From the NCBI GenBank assembly GCA_027022365.1, contig JALVYU010000007.1:64001-128000 (forward strand): a DNA stretch of 64,000 nt, written 5' to 3'. Below are positions 1 to 8,708 of the stretch, piece after piece. The number at the start of each line of letters is the position of its first letter. The first letter of the stretch is position 1. The stretch comes from Desulfurococcales archaeon (GTDB taxonomy: Archaea > Thermoproteota > Thermoprotei_A > Sulfolobales > Desulfurococcaceae). The notes below the pieces were generated by a model. It ran no database searches and was not told the origin of the DNA. It saw nothing but the letters and a program-made list of their open reading frames with translations. Both the position numbers and the translations under genes were made by a program.

Positions 1-1053
1 GATCTCTCTGCTTCGCTTGGTCTGTGCAAGCAACTGTAGTCTCTGTGGTGATCTAAACGCTTTCCAGCGGTACCTATATATCTTTCTTGCAAAGGCTACG
101 CCTGGCCCCATCATTTCGAACACGTATGACAATAAACTCCAGGCGCCTGTTTTCTTTATTCTTCCGAGATATACATCTGCTCTACTTAGAGCTTCATAAG
201 CTCTCCATATTTCTTCCGGATCATCATAGTATGTCGGTATGTGTTCGTTGATCCAGATCATCATGGTCTCATAATCTATGTCCGCCTGTGACACAGCATT
301 TTTGGCTTGGAATATGTACTTCGCGTTAAAAAGATTCTTCAATGCCTCGAATGGCGCGTACTGTCTATTTCTGTATGTTGAAAGCATTCTTACAAGTTCG
401 AGCGTTACCCTACCATAACCCTCGGCTATGGCTTGGAGATCATTAATAGCACTCCTCAAATCTCCCTCGCTGCGCTTAGCGATCTCTCTCAGTGCTTTTT
501 CATCGCATTCAATTTTCTCTGAGGAGCAAATCTTTTTTAATGCGATGACAACATCTCGTTCACTAAGTCTCTTAAAAGGAATCATGAGCGAGACTTCACG
601 AAGAGGTCTGAGCTTCTGATCCCATGGATTATTCGCGGTCATCACTACCGGATAGCGTGTCGTTTCAATTAGGTGCAGAATAGCATCTACAGCACCCCTA
701 TCAGCCATACCGCTTATACCATCCACTTCGTCAAGCAATATTATCTTTCCACGAGCAAATAGACTTCTCTGAGTAGCGGCTATTTTCGCGATCCTTTCAA
801 TATCTTGTTTTCTCCTGAAGTCACTAGCATTCATCTCAACTACTTCGAGCCCATTTTCCCTCGCAGCAGCTTCGACAAGGCTGGTTTTCCCGCATCCTGC
901 CGGCCCATAGAGTAAGGCTGCCTTCTTAGAGGGTTTGCCCCTAAGCCATGATTCTAGCCATTGGAGGAAGGTCTTCTTAGCCTGGTCCTGATTTATGACG
1001 TCAGCTACTTTCTTTGGCCGGTATTTGATTATCCAGGGAAGTCTCTTGGTCAA
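1..1053 (-). CDS. rfcL: Replication factor C large subunit (3' end runs off the window; not in ORF track)
   Basis: Manual translation from TTG at 1053: [19 protein letters not shown]...[11 protein letters not shown]...EMNASD...IILLDEVDG...[16 protein letters not shown] boxes present; directly downstream of rfcS. Confidence 0.95.
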   Translation of the reverse strand, partial: MTKRLPWIIKYRPKKVADVINQDQAKKTFLQWLESWLRGKPSKKAALLYGPAGCGKTSLVEAAARENGLEVVEMNASDFRRKQDIERIAKIAATQRSLFARGKIILLDEVDGISGMADRGAVDAILHLIETTRYPVVMTANNPWDQKLRPLREVSLMIPFKRLSERDVVIALKKICSSEKIECDEKALREIAKRSEGDLRSAINDLQAIAEGYGRVTLELVRMLSTYRNRQYAPFEALKNLFNAKYIFQAKNAVSQADIDYETMMIWINEHIPTYYDDPEEIWRAYEALSRADVYLGRIKKTGAWSLLSYVFEMMGPGVAFARKIYRYRWKAFRSPQRLQLLAQTKRSREI

Positions 1054-1061
1054 GGCTGTCG

Positions 1062-2057
1062 CTACACCTTAAGCTTCTTGCCTATAAATGCCAGTCTTGC
1101 CAAGAACGCGTTTAACTGTATCTCATCATCAGCCCCTTCTACGAGTCTGAACTGTATTTCTCCTGCTAGATCAGCTATGATGATTCTGTATTCGTCCGGT
1201 ATCTTTATTTCTTGGCTGAATACCTCTCTATGAATCTGTTTAATGACATCAACTCCGCTCAAACCATAGTTTATCATGAGCTGTCTAAGCTTGTTCCTCG
1301 CCTCGGTGAAGTTACCGGATAATGCGAGATTTATCATCTGACGTACTTCCCTAGGATGAGCTAGCCCTACTACTTTATATACGGCATCAACAGTTACTTT
1401 ACCGATCGCGGCCGCGGCTTGCAGTATATTTATAGCTCTCCTCATATCGCCTTCGCTTAATTCATATATTGCCTCCAGAGCCTCGATATCGTACTCGACT
1501 TTCTCCTGATCAGCAATCCATTTCAGCCTTGCTATAACGTCCTCTTTCTTCAGAGGGGTGAATCTGAACACTGCACATCTGCTCTGAATGGGCTCTATGA
1601 TCTTGCTGGGATAGTTTGCAATTAGAATAAATCTTGTAGTGGCTGTGTACATTTCCATTAGTCGTCTCAGTGCTTGCTGGGCATCTGATGTCATGTTGTC
1701 TGCTTCATCCAGTAGAACAATCTTGAACGGAATATTGCCTGGGATCTTCGTTCTTGCGAATTCTTTAACTTTGCTCCTTATAACATCTATTCCTCTCTCA
1801 TCGCTTGCATTTAATTCTAGCATGTACTGTCTATAATTCTCACCATAGAGATCATGTGCTAGACAATGTGCAGCGGTTGTTTTACCCGTGCCCGGTGGAC
1901 CAGCGAAAAGTAGATGAGGCATGTTTTTCTCCTGAACAAACTTCTTAAGCCTAGACACTATTTCTTCTTGATTAACGATCTCATCGAGTGAGCGAGGTCT
2001 ATATTTTTCGGCCCATAGTAGTTCTGCAAGGACTTTGTTCGAGCTCATAAATAACAC
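1062..2057 (-). CDS. rfcS: Replication factor C small subunit (no intein)
   Basis: [32 protein letters not shown] and GDMRRAIN motifs. Confidence 0.97.
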   Translation of the reverse strand: MLFMSSNKVLAELLWAEKYRPRSLDEIVNQEEIVSRLKKFVQEKNMPHLLFAGPPGTGKTTAAHCLAHDLYGENYRQYMLELNASDERGIDVIRSKVKEFARTKIPGNIPFKIVLLDEADNMTSDAQQALRRLMEMYTATTRFILIANYPSKIIEPIQSRCAVFRFTPLKKEDVIARLKWIADQEKVEYDIEALEAIYELSEGDMRRAINILQAAAAIGKVTVDAVYKVVGLAHPREVRQMINLALSGNFTEARNKLRQLMINYGLSGVDVIKQIHREVFSQEIKIPDEYRIIIADLAGEIQFRLVEGADDEIQLNAFLARLAFIGKKLKV

Positions 2058-2149
2058 ACCTACTAGTGTTTCGGCTATCTCAAAATAATGTTATATGGGG
2101 TCTTCCTTAATAGTTATTTCAAAAATACAGTGGTTGGGGGACGACCATT

Positions 2150-2728
2150 TTGCAGGAGTCTTTATCGGCCCTTATAATTGAGCGTTCTCTTGGGATATTG
2201 AGGAGGGATTATGAGGAAGAAGAAGTTAAGGTTGAAATACTCAGTGACGTATCCCATATTTTTACAAATGAGGGATTTATAGATCTCTCTAAGGGCTCAG
2301 AATATACATTACCGAGATGGATTGCCCGGGTTCTAGAAAAACAAGGCGTTGTTAAAATAAAGGATGATACAATAGATCTAGAGAAACTATCTAAGATCGC
2401 ATATAACGAGGAGGCAACGCTTAAGAAGCCGCAGCTTGTTAAGCTACAGCCTCATTTCTATATGCTTGTCAGGGAAGAAATCGAGAATATTAAGAAACGA
2501 CTTCAAGAAAAACAAGATATAAATCTGCTTGATGATCTCAAGAAATACATTGATCTACTTTACACTATCGGAAGGATAAGATTGAGAAAAATAATCAACA
2601 CACTTCTTATGATAGAAGTTTCACAGGATTTTCTAGATAAGATGAGCATGGAGGAGAAACTCTTATACAGGATCCTTAGAGATTCGTTGTTGACCTGGGT
2701 GTCCGAGCTAGGTGTAGAAAAGATATAG
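2150..2728 (+). CDS. gins23: GINS complex subunit (Gins23 type)
   Basis: B-domain motif EYTLPRWIARVL followed by a helical A-domain (RIRLRKII, MSMEEKLLY); sits immediately upstream of mcm, as in Crenarchaeota. Confidence 0.85.
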   Translation: MQESLSALIIERSLGILRRDYEEEEVKVEILSDVSHIFTNEGFIDLSKGSEYTLPRWIARVLEKQGVVKIKDDTIDLEKLSKIAYNEEATLKKPQLVKLQPHFYMLVREEIENIKKRLQEKQDINLLDDLKKYIDLLYTIGRIRLRKIINTLLMIEVSQDFLDKMSMEEKLLYRILRDSLLTWVSELGVEKI

Positions 2729-2739
2729 TTTATTGGACG

Positions 2740-5700
2740 GTGCTTATTCCTATGAGTTTTGATACGGAGATGTTTACGCAGGAAGTAGATGATCTTGTAA
2801 CCCGGTTTAAGAGATTTCTATGGGAATACATGGATCGCAAAACACGTAGCTTCAAATACCGTGAACGCTTATCGCAGATGGCGTTGATGAGCCAGAAGAG
2901 CCTCATCATAGATTTCGATGATATAACTCTTTTCGATAGGCGGCTCGCCCATATAATTGAGGATAATCCCGAGATAGCTCTTGATGCTGCTAGCCGGGCG
3001 ATCAAAGAGTTACTGCTTAAGGAAAACCCTGACTATGCCCAAGCTGTCGAGAAATTCTACCCCAGATTCAGGAATTTGTCACGTATAATAAGGGTAAGAG
3101 AACTCACAAGCGAGTATATCGGTAAAATGGTCGCTATCGAAGGAATATTAACTAGGCTCACAAGGGTCGAGGCAAAACTCGTCAAGGCAAGATATAAGCA
3201 CCTCGACCCAGAGTGCGGGGCCGAATTCGATTACCCCGAATACGGAGAAATGGGGGAACGGATAGAAAAGCCAGCGATATGCCCTATCTGTGGGAAAGGC
3301 GGAAAGTTCCAGTTACTACCAGACAAGTCAAAGTTCATTGATTGGCAGAAGATAGTAGTGCAGGAAAAACCCGAGGAGGTTCCACCCGGCCAAATACCAA
3401 GAAGCATAGAAGTTGTACTAACTGGCGACCTCGTCGATATCGCGAGGCCCGGAGACAGGATAACGATAACGGGGATCCTAAGAGTTATGCCTACAGCATC
3501 TATACAGAAAGCAGGCAGTAAGGCGGTCTTTTCCTTCTACATTGAGGCAAACTACGTGGATGTTCAGCAGAAAATACTCGAGGAAATAGAAATCACCCGT
3601 GAAGACGAGGAGAAAATCAGGGAAATGGCTCGGGATCCATGGATAAGAGAGAAGATAATTGCTAGTATAGCGCCATCAATATACGGTCATTGGAACATAA
3701 AAGAAGCCATAGCCCTCCAACTATTCGGCGGAGTACCCAAAATCCTCCCAGATGGGACTAGGATTCGTGGAGATATACATGTCCTATTAGTCGGGGATCC
3801 AGGTACTGCTAAATCACAGATGCTACAATACGCTGCAAGGCTTGCACCAAGAGGAATATACACTAGTGGAAAAGGCTCATCAGCCGCGGGCCTAACCGCT
3901 AGCGTACTACGTGATAAACACACTGGTGAGTGGTACCTTGAAGCAGGTGCCCTAGTCCTGGCCGATGGAGGCATCGCCGCTATAGATGAGATCGATAAGA
4001 TGAGAGAAGAAGACCGTAGCGCGATCCATGAAGCACTTGAACAACAAAGCTATCATCCAGACTTTGAGATCATGTTGGCCGATGGACGGCTCGTCAAAAT
4101 AGGGGAGTACGTTGATTTGCTCATGGAGAAAAACCCTGACAAGATATTACATGGCGGGGAAACCGATGTTCTTTTCGTGGACGACGTGTTTCTCGTAGGA
4201 TACGATCTCTATACTTATACACCGCTAATTGTAAGGGCGGACAGGATTAGTAGGCATGTCGCACCGAGAAAATTTGTAAAATTAAGGTTCAGCAATGGAC
4301 GCGAAATAGTAGTTACACCTGAACATCCTGTAATTGTGTTCTTAGATGGACGCATCACTGTATTACCTGCAGAGAAAATAGAGCCCAGCATGATTGTCCT
4401 TGGAGTCAAAAGATATCCCGTTCTTGCAGGAAATACTATACGTGTCAAAAGACTTATAGAGAAATACGGATTAGAGAGTGCATCCCTGCTAATTTTCAAG
4501 GTTTTGCTGGGTGAACTTACCCCGGAGGATATTGGAGAGCTAAAGGATCTTGGTATACTAAATGAAGATAATTTGATCAAGAACGAATTCTTGAATGAAT
4601 TGGTAACATCTGAGGAATTAATCCGTAGAATTATTACAATGCTCTTTACTCGAAAGGCGAATATTAGTGACTGTCTTGTCTCATTACAAGTAGATCATGT
4701 TTCGGCCCTATTAGTTCAGGAAATCTTGTGGAGACTGGGAATAAACAGTTTCATAGCCGATAGAGAACTAATTATATCGGGACCGAGAAGCCTCGAGAAA
4801 CTAGCACAATATATCATTGACGAGGAAACACGCTCACAGATACTAGGATCAAGCAAAACGTTAAAGGGCTATCCTGATTCATGGCTAGAAATAGTATACG
4901 CAGTTGCCGGCGGGCTAAAAGAACTTATAGGTCATGATCTGTTCAAGAGAATTATTGTAGGCGACATTTCTGAAACAATGCTGGAAACCATGATATCTGG
5001 CATACTTAATGATCTTGCCAAGACAATGGGAGATCTGAGGAGCCATTGTGTCCTAAAAGAAAACTATATGCTTCTTTTAACACTAACCGCTGGCCAGGAT
5101 ATCAGAAAGTTCTTCACAAAAATAAGTGATTCTCTCAACAAACTTAAAGAAGTACTGCTAGATATCGAGGAGAGGCTCGGAGAATCCAGTATACCACGGA
5201 TAGTGGTCGGTAAGGAAATAGTGGAGAATAAGGGCGTCAAGTGGGTATATGACATAACTATTGAGCCATACCACTTATTTGTCTCTCACGGCCTTGTCTT
5301 GCATAACACGATCAGTATTGCAAAGGCAGGAATAGTTGCTAGGTTGAATGCGCGGGCCTCCGTCCTTGCGGCCGGTAACCCCAAGTTTGGAAGATATGAT
5401 CCAAAGCAGTCTATAGGTCAAAACATTGATCTACCACCACCGATTCTCTCAAGATTCGATCTTATATTTATAATACAGGATATACCACATGAAAAGCGGG
5501 ACAGGATGCTGGCACGCCACATATTATCTGTCCACGGCAACGTGGAGAAAGCTAAGCCGGTGATAGAGCCTCAATTATTGAAGAAGTATATCAGCTATGC
5601 GAGAAGATATGTTAGGCCTCAGCTAACCCAAGAGGCTGTACATCTCCTCGAGGAATTCTTTGTATCGATGAGACGTGCTAGCGGTGTTTCAGAAGAAGCA

Positions 5701-6105
5701 CCAATAGCTATCACCGCGAGACAGTTAGAAGCACTTGTAAGGCTGAGCGAGGCTCATGCAAAAATGGCGCTAAAAAACAAGGTAACAATAGAGGATGCTG
5801 AAGAAGCTGTAAGACTCATGTACTATAGTCTACAAAGAGCAGGCATAGATGTAGAGACAGGCAGGATAGACATAGACACAATCATGGTTGGGACACCCCG
5901 CAGTAAGCAGGAACGTATGAAAGCCTTCATCCGATTCATTGACGAGATATTCGAAGAAACAGACGAGATCGAATACAAGGAGCTCGTGAGAAAAGCAATT
6001 GATAAAGGATTCGCAAGAGACTTCACAAACGAAATGCTGAGAAAACTCAAACGAGAAGGCACCATATATGAGCCGAAGCCCGGAGTGATCGCAAAGATAA
6101 AATGA
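2740..6105 (+). CDS. mcm: MCM replicative helicase, containing one intein
   Basis: Zn finger, GDPGTAKS Walker A, IDEIDKM Walker B, LSRFD Arg finger, ITARQLE sensor 2; about 420 extra residues between HEALEQQ and TISIAKAG. Confidence 0.98.
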   Translation: MLIPMSFDTEMFTQEVDDLVTRFKRFLWEYMDRKTRSFKYRERLSQMALMSQKSLIIDFDDITLFDRRLAHIIEDNPEIALDAASRAIKELLLKENPDYAQAVEKFYPRFRNLSRIIRVRELTSEYIGKMVAIEGILTRLTRVEAKLVKARYKHLDPECGAEFDYPEYGEMGERIEKPAICPICGKGGKFQLLPDKSKFIDWQKIVVQEKPEEVPPGQIPRSIEVVLTGDLVDIARPGDRITITGILRVMPTASIQKAGSKAVFSFYIEANYVDVQQKILEEIEITREDEEKIREMARDPWIREKIIASIAPSIYGHWNIKEAIALQLFGGVPKILPDGTRIRGDIHVLLVGDPGTAKSQMLQYAARLAPRGIYTSGKGSSAAGLTASVLRDKHTGEWYLEAGALVLADGGIAAIDEIDKMREEDRSAIHEALEQQSYHPDFEIMLADGRLVKIGEYVDLLMEKNPDKILHGGETDVLFVDDVFLVGYDLYTYTPLIVRADRISRHVAPRKFVKLRFSNGREIVVTPEHPVIVFLDGRITVLPAEKIEPSMIVLGVKRYPVLAGNTIRVKRLIEKYGLESASLLIFKVLLGELTPEDIGELKDLGILNEDNLIKNEFLNELVTSEELIRRIITMLFTRKANISDCLVSLQVDHVSALLVQEILWRLGINSFIADRELIISGPRSLEKLAQYIIDEETRSQILGSSKTLKGYPDSWLEIVYAVAGGLKELIGHDLFKRIIVGDISETMLETMISGILNDLAKTMGDLRSHCVLKENYMLLLTLTAGQDIRKFFTKISDSLNKLKEVLLDIEERLGESSIPRIVVGKEIVENKGVKWVYDITIEPYHLFVSHGLVLHNTISIAKAGIVARLNARASVLAAGNPKFGRYDPKQSIGQNIDLPPPILSRFDLIFIIQDIPHEKRDRMLARHILSVHGNVEKAKPVIEPQLLKKYISYARRYVRPQLTQEAVHLLEEFFVSMRRASGVSEEAPIAITARQLEALVRLSEAHAKMALKNKVTIEDAEEAVRLMYYSLQRAGIDVETGRIDIDTIMVGTPRSKQERMKAFIRFIDEIFEETDEIEYKELVRKAIDKGFARDFTNEMLRKLKREGTIYEPKPGVIAKIK
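4048..5307 (+). mobile_element. Intein in MCM (420 aa) with apparently degenerate LAGLIDADG-type endonuclease region
   Basis: Starts SYHPDFEIMLADG (block A, Ser1), block B VTPEHP, block F VYDITIEPYHLFVS, ends VLHN followed by Thr+1. Removing it restores EQQ/TISIAKAG. Confidence 0.95.
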
Positions 6106-6122
6106 CTCTTTTTAACTCTATT

Positions 6123-6184
6123 AGCCTCGGTGGGGCGAAAGATTTTTCCTCACGAATCAGGGCTGGAACGCCTCTTCATCGGCC
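6123..6184 (-). ncRNA. Box C/D methylation guide sRNA (dual guide, probably 16S rRNA)
   Basis: Minus strand reads GGCC-G-ATGAAGA(C)-GGCGTTCCAGCC-CTGA(D')-TTC-GTGAGGA(C')-AAAATCTTTCGCCCCA-CCGA(D)-GGCT; terminal stem present. Confidence 0.85.
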
Positions 6185-6261
6185 ACATAAGATTAAAAAT
6201 CCCCCTACTCATAAACCTTACCAGAACTGTGGAGGTAATAAAATAAGGAGATGATACAGGA

Positions 6262-6525
6262 ATGCCGGAAGCGCCTCAGTATGTGATCAGGATAGGAGAT
6301 AAGGAAATAGAGATCAATCTTGAAACACTCAATATAATCAGAGAGTATCTCCATCGTCCAATGGGACTCGATGAGCTAGCCGAGAAGCTAGGCCTTGAAG
6401 GCTGGGATGAAGCCTATGAGCTCATAAAGAAGATACCTGCATGGATCATATGGACCCCGCCTACACTTTGGAAATACAGAGCCGGTTGGATAGAGAGAAG
6501 AGAGAAAGAAGCAGGATCAGCCTAA
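6262..6525 (+). CDS. Small hypothetical protein with HTH-like segment
   Basis: AGGAG RBS upstream, normal codon usage, HTH-like segment GLDELAEKLGL. Confidence 0.75.
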   Translation: MPEAPQYVIRIGDKEIEINLETLNIIREYLHRPMGLDELAEKLGLEGWDEAYELIKKIPAWIIWTPPTLWKYRAGWIERREKEAGSA

Positions 6526-6666
6526 GGAAAAGAAGTAAAATTCCTTTTGTTTAATACCAGTACTTTCCTAATAATCCAATAAATACCGACTAATAAGCAG
6601 TGAGTCTGCTCTCCAACGAACGAGTTGCATCATTCATGATAACAAAAAGTAAAAAAGATAATGTGT

Positions 6667-7059
6667 TTATTCGCAGAACTCCTTTCCGTGGACTATCAGA
6701 TCCAATAGCTGCTTGACCCACTTGGGTCCGACAAACTTGTAGTACCTGAACTTCCCCGCCACTCTAACCTGCGCCAGACCACGCTCTCTCAGCAATGATA
6801 GGTGGTGGGATATCAAGCTCTGCTCCTTGCCAGTGATCTTCGTCAACATACATACTGGTAGTTCTTGCTGACTTATCAATGCTAGGATCTTTAGCCTTAA
6901 CGGATTTGCTAGAACCACGATAATATCAAGATACTTCTTTAGTTCCTCATCGCTCGGTATCTTGATCTCCTGGTCAAGCTTGTCCTGATAGAACTTCTCA
7001 AGCTCATCAAAACACTTCATGTCCTTTACGAGCTCCAATAGTTCTTTGATTTTTACCAT
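6667..7059 (-). CDS. ArsR/SmtB family transcriptional regulator
   Basis: LANPLRLKILALI...LPVCML...QSLISHHLSLLRERGL...RYY winged-helix signature. Confidence 0.9.
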   Translation of the reverse strand: MVKIKELLELVKDMKCFDELEKFYQDKLDQEIKIPSDEELKKYLDIIVVLANPLRLKILALISQQELPVCMLTKITGKEQSLISHHLSLLRERGLAQVRVAGKFRYYKFVGPKWVKQLLDLIVHGKEFCE

Positions 7060-7250
7060 GTTGATTCACCCATGAGTTTCTTGTTCAACATATATAACTA
7101 CATGCATATAGTATTTCAACGTTATTAAATATATCTCCGAACATGTCTCCAGAGCTAATTGTTCTCGTCTACATAAATGATCCCATGAAAGGGTAAATAT
7201 TCCTAATCCTCTTAATGATACATAAATTTCTACTGAAAGAAATTGAGAAA

Positions 7251-7363
7251 TGGTGGGGCCGCCGGGATTTGAACCCGGGATCACCGGCGTTCTGTGACAC
7301 CAGGCTTGGCTAGGCGGGGTGTCCCCCCAGGCCGGCATCCTAGCCAAGCTAGACTACGGCCCC
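7251..7363 (-). tRNA. tRNA-Pro(GGG) with 35-nt intron at canonical 37/38 position (7290-7324); CCA encoded
   Basis: GGGGCCG/CGGCCCC acceptor stem, CCGGC/GCCGG anticodon stem with CT-GGG-G loop, GGTTCAAATCC T-arm, ACCA end. Intron closed by GACACC/GGTGTC helix in a relaxed BHB. Confidence 0.95.
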
Positions 7364-7482
7364 TTAACGCCCGTGAATTATTATAGACACGGATAGGGGG
7401 TTTATAGGTATTAGGCCCGTTCTCTGAATAATTAGGACTGAAAGTATCGGGGTGGGGTGTCTATATATAAGTTTTTTTCCTC

Positions 7483-7610
7483 GTAGTACTTGTAATACCT
7501 ATTTAAATAAGGTTATACATTTTGATAATACCCACAGTAATACCACTCCATGATATTTTTAAATAACTGATTAAGGTATTACTAGGAGGCTTATCTAAGT
7601 ATGGTAATAC
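7483..7610. promoter_or_regulatory. Cluster of palindromic GTA(A/T/G)TAC operator-like boxes around the promoter of the 7640 gene
   Basis: GTAGTAC 7483, GTAATAC 7492, 7537, 7604, GTATTAC 7576; TATA-like TTTTTAAA near 7556-7563. Confidence 0.65.
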
Positions 7611-7639
7611 CACTATAAAGACAAACTCGGTGAATATGT

Positions 7640-7930
7640 ATGCCGGTCAAATATGTGTGTCGTCATTGTGGGTATGTTTTGTGGGAATTTAACAAAGTAG
7701 GGCAGGACTATTTCGGCTTGCCCAGCCCTAGCGAAGTAATAAATGCGCATGGAGGTATATGCCCGAGATGCAAACATGATCTGCGTAGACCAAGTCTTAA
7801 AGACATTAAAATAAACATAGCGCGGAGAAGAAAGCCCTCAATATTAGACATTACCGTCCACAACTATACACTGGGTACTGGGCAGGAAGTCCTTCTTATA
7901 GCTCCCGATAAACCTGTTGGAATAGCTTGA
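7640..7930 (+). CDS. Small zinc-finger protein (CxxC...CxxC) of unknown function
   Basis: YVCRHCG...ICPRCKH; GGTGA RBS upstream. Confidence 0.85.
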   Translation: MPVKYVCRHCGYVLWEFNKVGQDYFGLPSPSEVINAHGGICPRCKHDLRRPSLKDIKINIARRRKPSILDITVHNYTLGTGQEVLLIAPDKPVGIA

Positions 7931-8708
7931 TAAGCCATAGATATACAGGCGTAGGGGAATATTTATACTTCCGCAACTTAACAATAACGTTTTCCCTATC
8001 TATCCCTAATAGTCTCCGGATGTATTCGCTATATTTTGAACGTATAAACAGATATGATGCTACCATTGTCAGATTATGTGGTAGCTTCCTAATTCTAGCG
8101 CTTTCCCAGTCCAGATAAACTGGTAAGTTATTTTGTGCCACAATGATGTGTCCGTACGGTCTGTTCAGCTCGGTATGATCTATTCCGAGAAGGTCGAAAA
8201 GATATGAAGCACTTAGTATTTTTGTCAGTATTTTGAACAAGTGCTTGGTATTATTTGTAGTTATGGTGTGTTCAATGAATTTTTCCAGACTAACCCCTCT
8301 AACGTACTCCATTCCTATGAAATCCTTTGACCAAAAATAAAGTATAGGTGTGTAGCCGGTTGATGATAGGTAATCTAACATAATCCCTTCATACTCGAGG
8401 CTTCTCCTCCTACTGTCAAGACGCCTTATCTTGAGAGCTACAGGTTGCCTCATATGTTCCAGACATGCTAGGACAACTATTGACGAATAACCTTTTCCGA
8501 TAATCCTCATGTTTTTCTCAATGAGTATCTCGCCATGGTTGAGAAAACCTATAACACCATGTTTTTGTATCTTGTTTATTCGCTTTACAAGTACTTCGCA
8601 TCTCTCCTCAGGATAACATAGTATTTTCTCGACATACGTGTCTGAGGGATCTACTCTATGCAATAATCCATCCAATAAGGTCTTTTCCTCACAAACGATT
8701 CTAGCCAA
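7896..8708 (-). CDS. Ser/Thr protein kinase-like protein (COG2112-type, RIO/Bud32-like)
   Basis: IGKGYSSIV Gly loop, VALKIRR, DHTELNRP catalytic loop, LDWES; last gene of the thpR-cca operon. Confidence 0.85.
   Translation of the reverse strand: MARIVCEEKTLLDGLLHRVDPSDTYVEKILCYPEERCEVLVKRINKIQKHGVIGFLNHGEILIEKNMRIIGKGYSSIVVLACLEHMRQPVALKIRRLDSRRRSLEYEGIMLDYLSSTGYTPILYFWSKDFIGMEYVRGVSLEKFIEHTITTNNTKHLFKILTKILSASYLFDLLGIDHTELNRPYGHIIVAQNNLPVYLDWESARIRKLPHNLTMVASYLFIRSKYSEYIRRLLGIDRENVIVKLRKYKYSPTPVYLWLIKLFQQVYREL

Noticed and set aside
6596-6640. Short hairpins (AGCAG/CTGCT) and an ATGATG on the minus strand
   Set aside because: No proper C/D box set; more likely a terminator region between convergent genes.
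6560-7250. Possible integrated element at the tRNA 3' end
   Set aside because: No integrase and no duplicated tRNA fragment (att site) seen; only an ArsR gene follows.
7066-7347. 93-aa ORF on minus strand
   Set aside because: Overlaps the tRNA-Pro gene; spurious translation.
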